Shown: positions 58,149 to 64,000 of the stretch, piece after piece | Numbering within the stretch: position 1 is the stretch's first letter | Layout: each line of letters begins with the position of its first letter | DNA from: the human T2T-CHM13v2.0 reference genome, Homo sapiens | Direction: 5' to 3' (one strand) | Length of the DNA stretch: 64,000 bases | Assembly (NCBI RefSeq): GCF_009914755.1 | Contig: NC_060925.1 | Position numbers and translations under genes: made by a program | Notes under the pieces: model-generated | What the model saw: the letters and a program-made list of their open reading frames with translations, nothing else | What the model was told of the DNA's origin: nothing | Databases searched by the model: none

Positions 58149-58789
58149 TAGTTTCAGGTTTCTATGTCATCCTCCCAACATGTTGAAATCTGTGAGAACA
58201 AGGATCAACAGTATACGACAATGGTTTAATGGGCTCTGCAGTTGTAAAACCCTGGATGGTTCTCCACTGACAAAGAGGAAGTCACTTAACCACTTTGACT
58301 TTTAATCCATTATCCATAAAATGAAGGTGGTAATAGTATCTGTCTCATGAGGTTGCTAGGAAGATTAATTTATATACGATGCACATAAAGTACTTGGCCC
58401 GGCCCCTGGGACAGAATAAGGTCTGAATAAATGAGAGCTGTTGTAATTAATTCAAGGCATAGCATGTGGCATTTCATGGACATTTTTCAATTGCTTGAGT
58501 AAAACAGACCCAGCTTGGAGAAAGCAGAACAAATCAGAATGAGACAGTCCATCAGGATTCCTTCCAAATTTGTGATCACATTGCAGCTCATCCCTTTGTT
58601 TTGGCTCAGTCATTTCTCCAATTGTGAGCAACTTAGGGCTCTTCACAATAGGGAGAATGGGCATATTCACAGGGGCAAATTACAGTTGGAGGAAGCCTCC
58701 TGGAGGAATGGTTTTCAGGGGACTTAGGTCCTGGCTAAGTGCCTTACAGCACTTGAAGATTGTTGAGGAGCCATTCTCCACTCCCCCTA

Positions 58790-59690
<901 letters not shown>

Positions 59691-60447
59691 TCCATAGAGT
59701 TTTTTTTTTTAACCTCAATTGAGAGCAAAGTAAGAGGAAATGGAGCCTACTGGCCCCTGAAGAACTTCTTGCTAGACAGGAAGAAATTCCTGGAAGTTAT
59801 TTAGCCTCATCAGAGGGGGCAGTTAATATCCTTCTCAGAACAGAAAAATATTGAACTTTATTGAGGTATAATTAATATACAACAAAATGCACTCCTTTGT
59901 TGGATGGAGTTCAATTAGTTTTGACAAATGAATACACTCATGTAACTACTACTGCAATCAAGATTTAGCACATTTTCATCACCCCAAGAATTTCTTCTTT
60001 CCTGTCTACAGTCCACTTGGGTCCCGAGTGATTCTGTTATTACATGTTAATTTTGCTTATTCTAGAATTTTATATGATGGAATCACACAATATGTACTCT
60101 CTCTTCTGTGTTTGGTGGTGTTTTGCTCACTCACGTTGTTGCATATACCCATTGTTTGTTCATTTTTATTAGAGTATAATATAATATTGTATCTTATAGC
60201 TTTTTAAAATCTGTTCACCTGTAGATGGACATTTTAGTTGTTTTTCAGGTTGTGGACATGATAAAGTTGCATGTGTGTGCAAGTCTTTGTGTGGATATAT
60301 GTGTTCCTTTCTCTTGGGTAAATACCTAGCAGTGAAATTGCTGGGTGGTTAGGTAAGAAACTTTTAAGAAATTGGCAAATAGCTTTTAAAAATAGCTGTA
60401 TCATTTTATGTTCCCACCAGCAGTGTGAGTTCCAGGTATTCTACATC

Positions 60448-60865
60448 TGTATTAATCAAAGTTCTCCAAAGAAACAGAACCAATGGGAGATTCTATGTAT
60501 GTATATAATTTATTATGGGAATTGGCTCACACAATTACAGAGGGCAAGAAGTTGTCTGCAAGCTGGAGAACCAAGAAAGCCAGTAGTGAGTCAGGAGTAC
60601 TACTCTTGTCCAAAGATAGGTGAAGATGGGTGTCCCAGTTTAAACAGAGAGTGTGAATTTGCCCTTATTTATTTCTTTTGCTCTATTTGAGTCCTCAATG
60701 GATGAAACAATGCCTGCCCACATTGAAGGGTGTTTTTCTTCTTTCTACCAATTCAAGTGTTAATCTCTTCTGGAAATATCCTCACAGACATACCAGAAAA
60801 AGTTATACCAGCTATCTTGGCATCCCTTAGCCCAGTCAAGTTAACCCATAAAATTAACCATCACA
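60448..60865 (-). mobile_element. MLT2 (ERVL) solo LTR
   Basis: gttctccaaagaaacagaacca...cccttagcccagtcaagttaacccataaaattaaccatcaca; TSD acatc/acatt. Confidence 0.92.
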
Positions 60866-60889
60866 ACATTCTCACCAACAGTTGATATT

Positions 60890-61645
<756 letters not shown>

Positions 61646-62193
61646 TTTTGTTGGTCTTTTTAATTTTAGTAATTCAATGAATATGTATTGTATCTCAGAA
61701 TGGTTTTAATGTGTGTGTGTCTATCTAACGATGTCAAGCATCTTTTAGGAGCCCTTCATATATTTCCCGTAAAATGTCTGCTCAAGTCTTTTGTCCATTT
61801 TAACTGGATTGTCTTATGATTTAGTTGCAAGAGTTCTGCATATGTCTTGGATACAAATCCTTTGTTAATATATGAATTGGTACTATTTTCTCCCAGTATT
61901 TGGCTTACTTTTTTATTTTCTTAATGATGTCTTTCAAAGGGAAGAAATTTTTAATTTTGATGAAATCCAATGTATCAATTTTTAACTTTTTATGCTTTAT
62001 GCTTTTTGAGTCTAATAAATTTTTGACTATCCTCAAATGGCAGGAATTTGGATGTAGGTTCTTTTCTAAAAGTTCTACAATTTCAACTTTAAAATTTACT
62101 TCCTTGAACTTTTTAACGTGAGTTGAGATGCTTTGTATGAAGCCAGAGGCTTTGTTTCAGAGAATCTTTTCAGGCAGTCTTATAACTCCATTA

Positions 62194-62562
<369 letters not shown>

Positions 62563-63102
62563 TTACTGCATTGTGATGCTCTGCCAGACAAACTTTCCTC
62601 ATCTATAAAACTCGGTTCATTTCATAGATGAGAAAGCTGAGATTCATGGAGTTTAACTACCTGCTATAGATTATACAAGCACAATCAGTCCAGAATTTAA
62701 GTTCCTGTCTCATGGATATACTTTGAACTTTCTCATCTTGATGGTATGACTTCTTACGCTTGAAATATATTACCCTTTTTTTCTATGAAAATTATTATTT
62801 CTCTAAAGTCAAAATGCATTAACCATATTAAATATGGGCTCTTTCTTCTCAAGCGCCTGTCAGATTGTGAAGGGAACAATCCAATGCTCCTTTTTTCTTT
62901 CCTTAGGGGCAGAGGTTTTTGGCACCGTTTGTATCTCCAGTGTCCTGATTCACTTCTGTGAAGAGCAAAGGCAACTGATGGATCAATGCTTGGAGCAAAA
63001 TGCAGAGAATCACTTCTTTGGAAGTGATTAGCATCTGACATTCTAAAAATGGATGAGCAGAGGGATTAGCCTTTATGCAACTGGGACCCTGAAAAGCAAG
63101 TA

Positions 63103-63180
63103 TTAGGTTGGTGCAAAAGTAATTGTAGTTTTACCATTAATTTCAATGGCAAAACTGCAGATGCTTTTGCACCAACCTAT
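63103..63180. mobile_element. MADE1 MITE (Hsmar1-derived), palindromic
   Basis: ttaggttggtgcaaaagtaattg...gcttttgcaccaaccta, 78 bp, TA-flanked. Confidence 0.95.
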
Positions 63181-63459
63181 ATATACATGAGCATACATAG
63201 ACATTGAGGAATGTATATCACTACACAAAGCCACCAACAGCCATGTTTGTTGGAGGAAGGATCGCCAAGGATCTTTTCTGTGTCCTCTTGGGAGATACAG
63301 GAGTGGTAGAAACAGGCCCCTACATGGTGAACACACTTAACCGGTGGCATTCTGACCCTCTCACTGCCCTACCATGGCTTTCAGGCTAATTTATTGATTC
63401 TCAGTGCCTCAATTTTCTATTTTAGTGACAGAAACAGTATTGTTTATGTGCTAAACTGA

Positions 63460-63655
63460 CTCCCTATTTACTAGCCCCGTGATTTTGAACAATTTGCTTT
63501 ATTTTTCTGTGTCTCATTTTCTCATCTGTAAAATGTAGCTGCCATGACACTGATCCAACATGGTTATGATAAGGATTTAATGAACTAAGATGGGTAAAGC
63601 TCATGAATGCTGCCTGGTATATAGCAAGGGCTCAATAAATATCTTCAGTTATAGG
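63460..63655 (+). mobile_element. MIR SINE
   Basis: tctcattttctcatctgtaaaatg...aggatttaatga...gctcaataaat. Confidence 0.8.
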
Positions 63656-64000
63656 ACAATTGTACATACATACATACATATATATATACACATATATAGA
63701 TATGTGTGTGTGTGTACCTATATATTTTTCTCAAATGTGACAGAACTGCTTGGTTGTCCTTTTCCATGTAACAAACATAGTAATATAAATAAAGTAATAG
63801 TTGGGAAAAAACAATCTTACAATAGTCCCATAAAGTACTGAGCCACAGAGAAGTTAAATATAATGCCCATGTTTATAGAATTCGGAATGATTGCACAGAT
63901 TACACAATACTTCTTTATTTTCCTGTCCAGATCTGATAGCTTTAGGTGAAGTGGGGAGAATGAGTCATAACTGGCAGGTATCGGAGGGGGGCTAATATCT

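Noticed and set aside
59803-59823. CTCF-like catcagagggggcag
   Set aside because: The 5' half does not fit the consensus in either register.

Overview
Primate (very probably human) non-coding genomic DNA, intronic or intergenic, with roughly half of it recognisable interspersed repeats: about 25 Alu/FLAM elements, several old L1 copies, THE1/MST/MLT LTRs, Tigger2, MER20/33/58/5, MADE1, L2 and MIR. I recognise no protein-coding gene and cannot name the locus. The longer listed ORFs are mostly Alu/L1 read-throughs or look like chance ORFs. There is one near-consensus CTCF site (25996-26014) and two low-confidence splice-signal-bounded candidate non-coding exons. The most unusual signal is a set of short local self-copies that repeat annotation does not explain, about 115-195 bp long and 1-2.4 kb from their partner. 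Two are inverted (19588-19781/21232-21419; 54817-54932/55940-56055) and two direct (8236-8378/9499-9643; 15861-16412/18247-18416). In addition, an L1 is flanked by a ~60 bp duplication. Two copies can be oriented as templated insertions into L2 elements. Subfamily calls come from recalled consensus sequences and identities were counted by eye, so both need computational confirmation.
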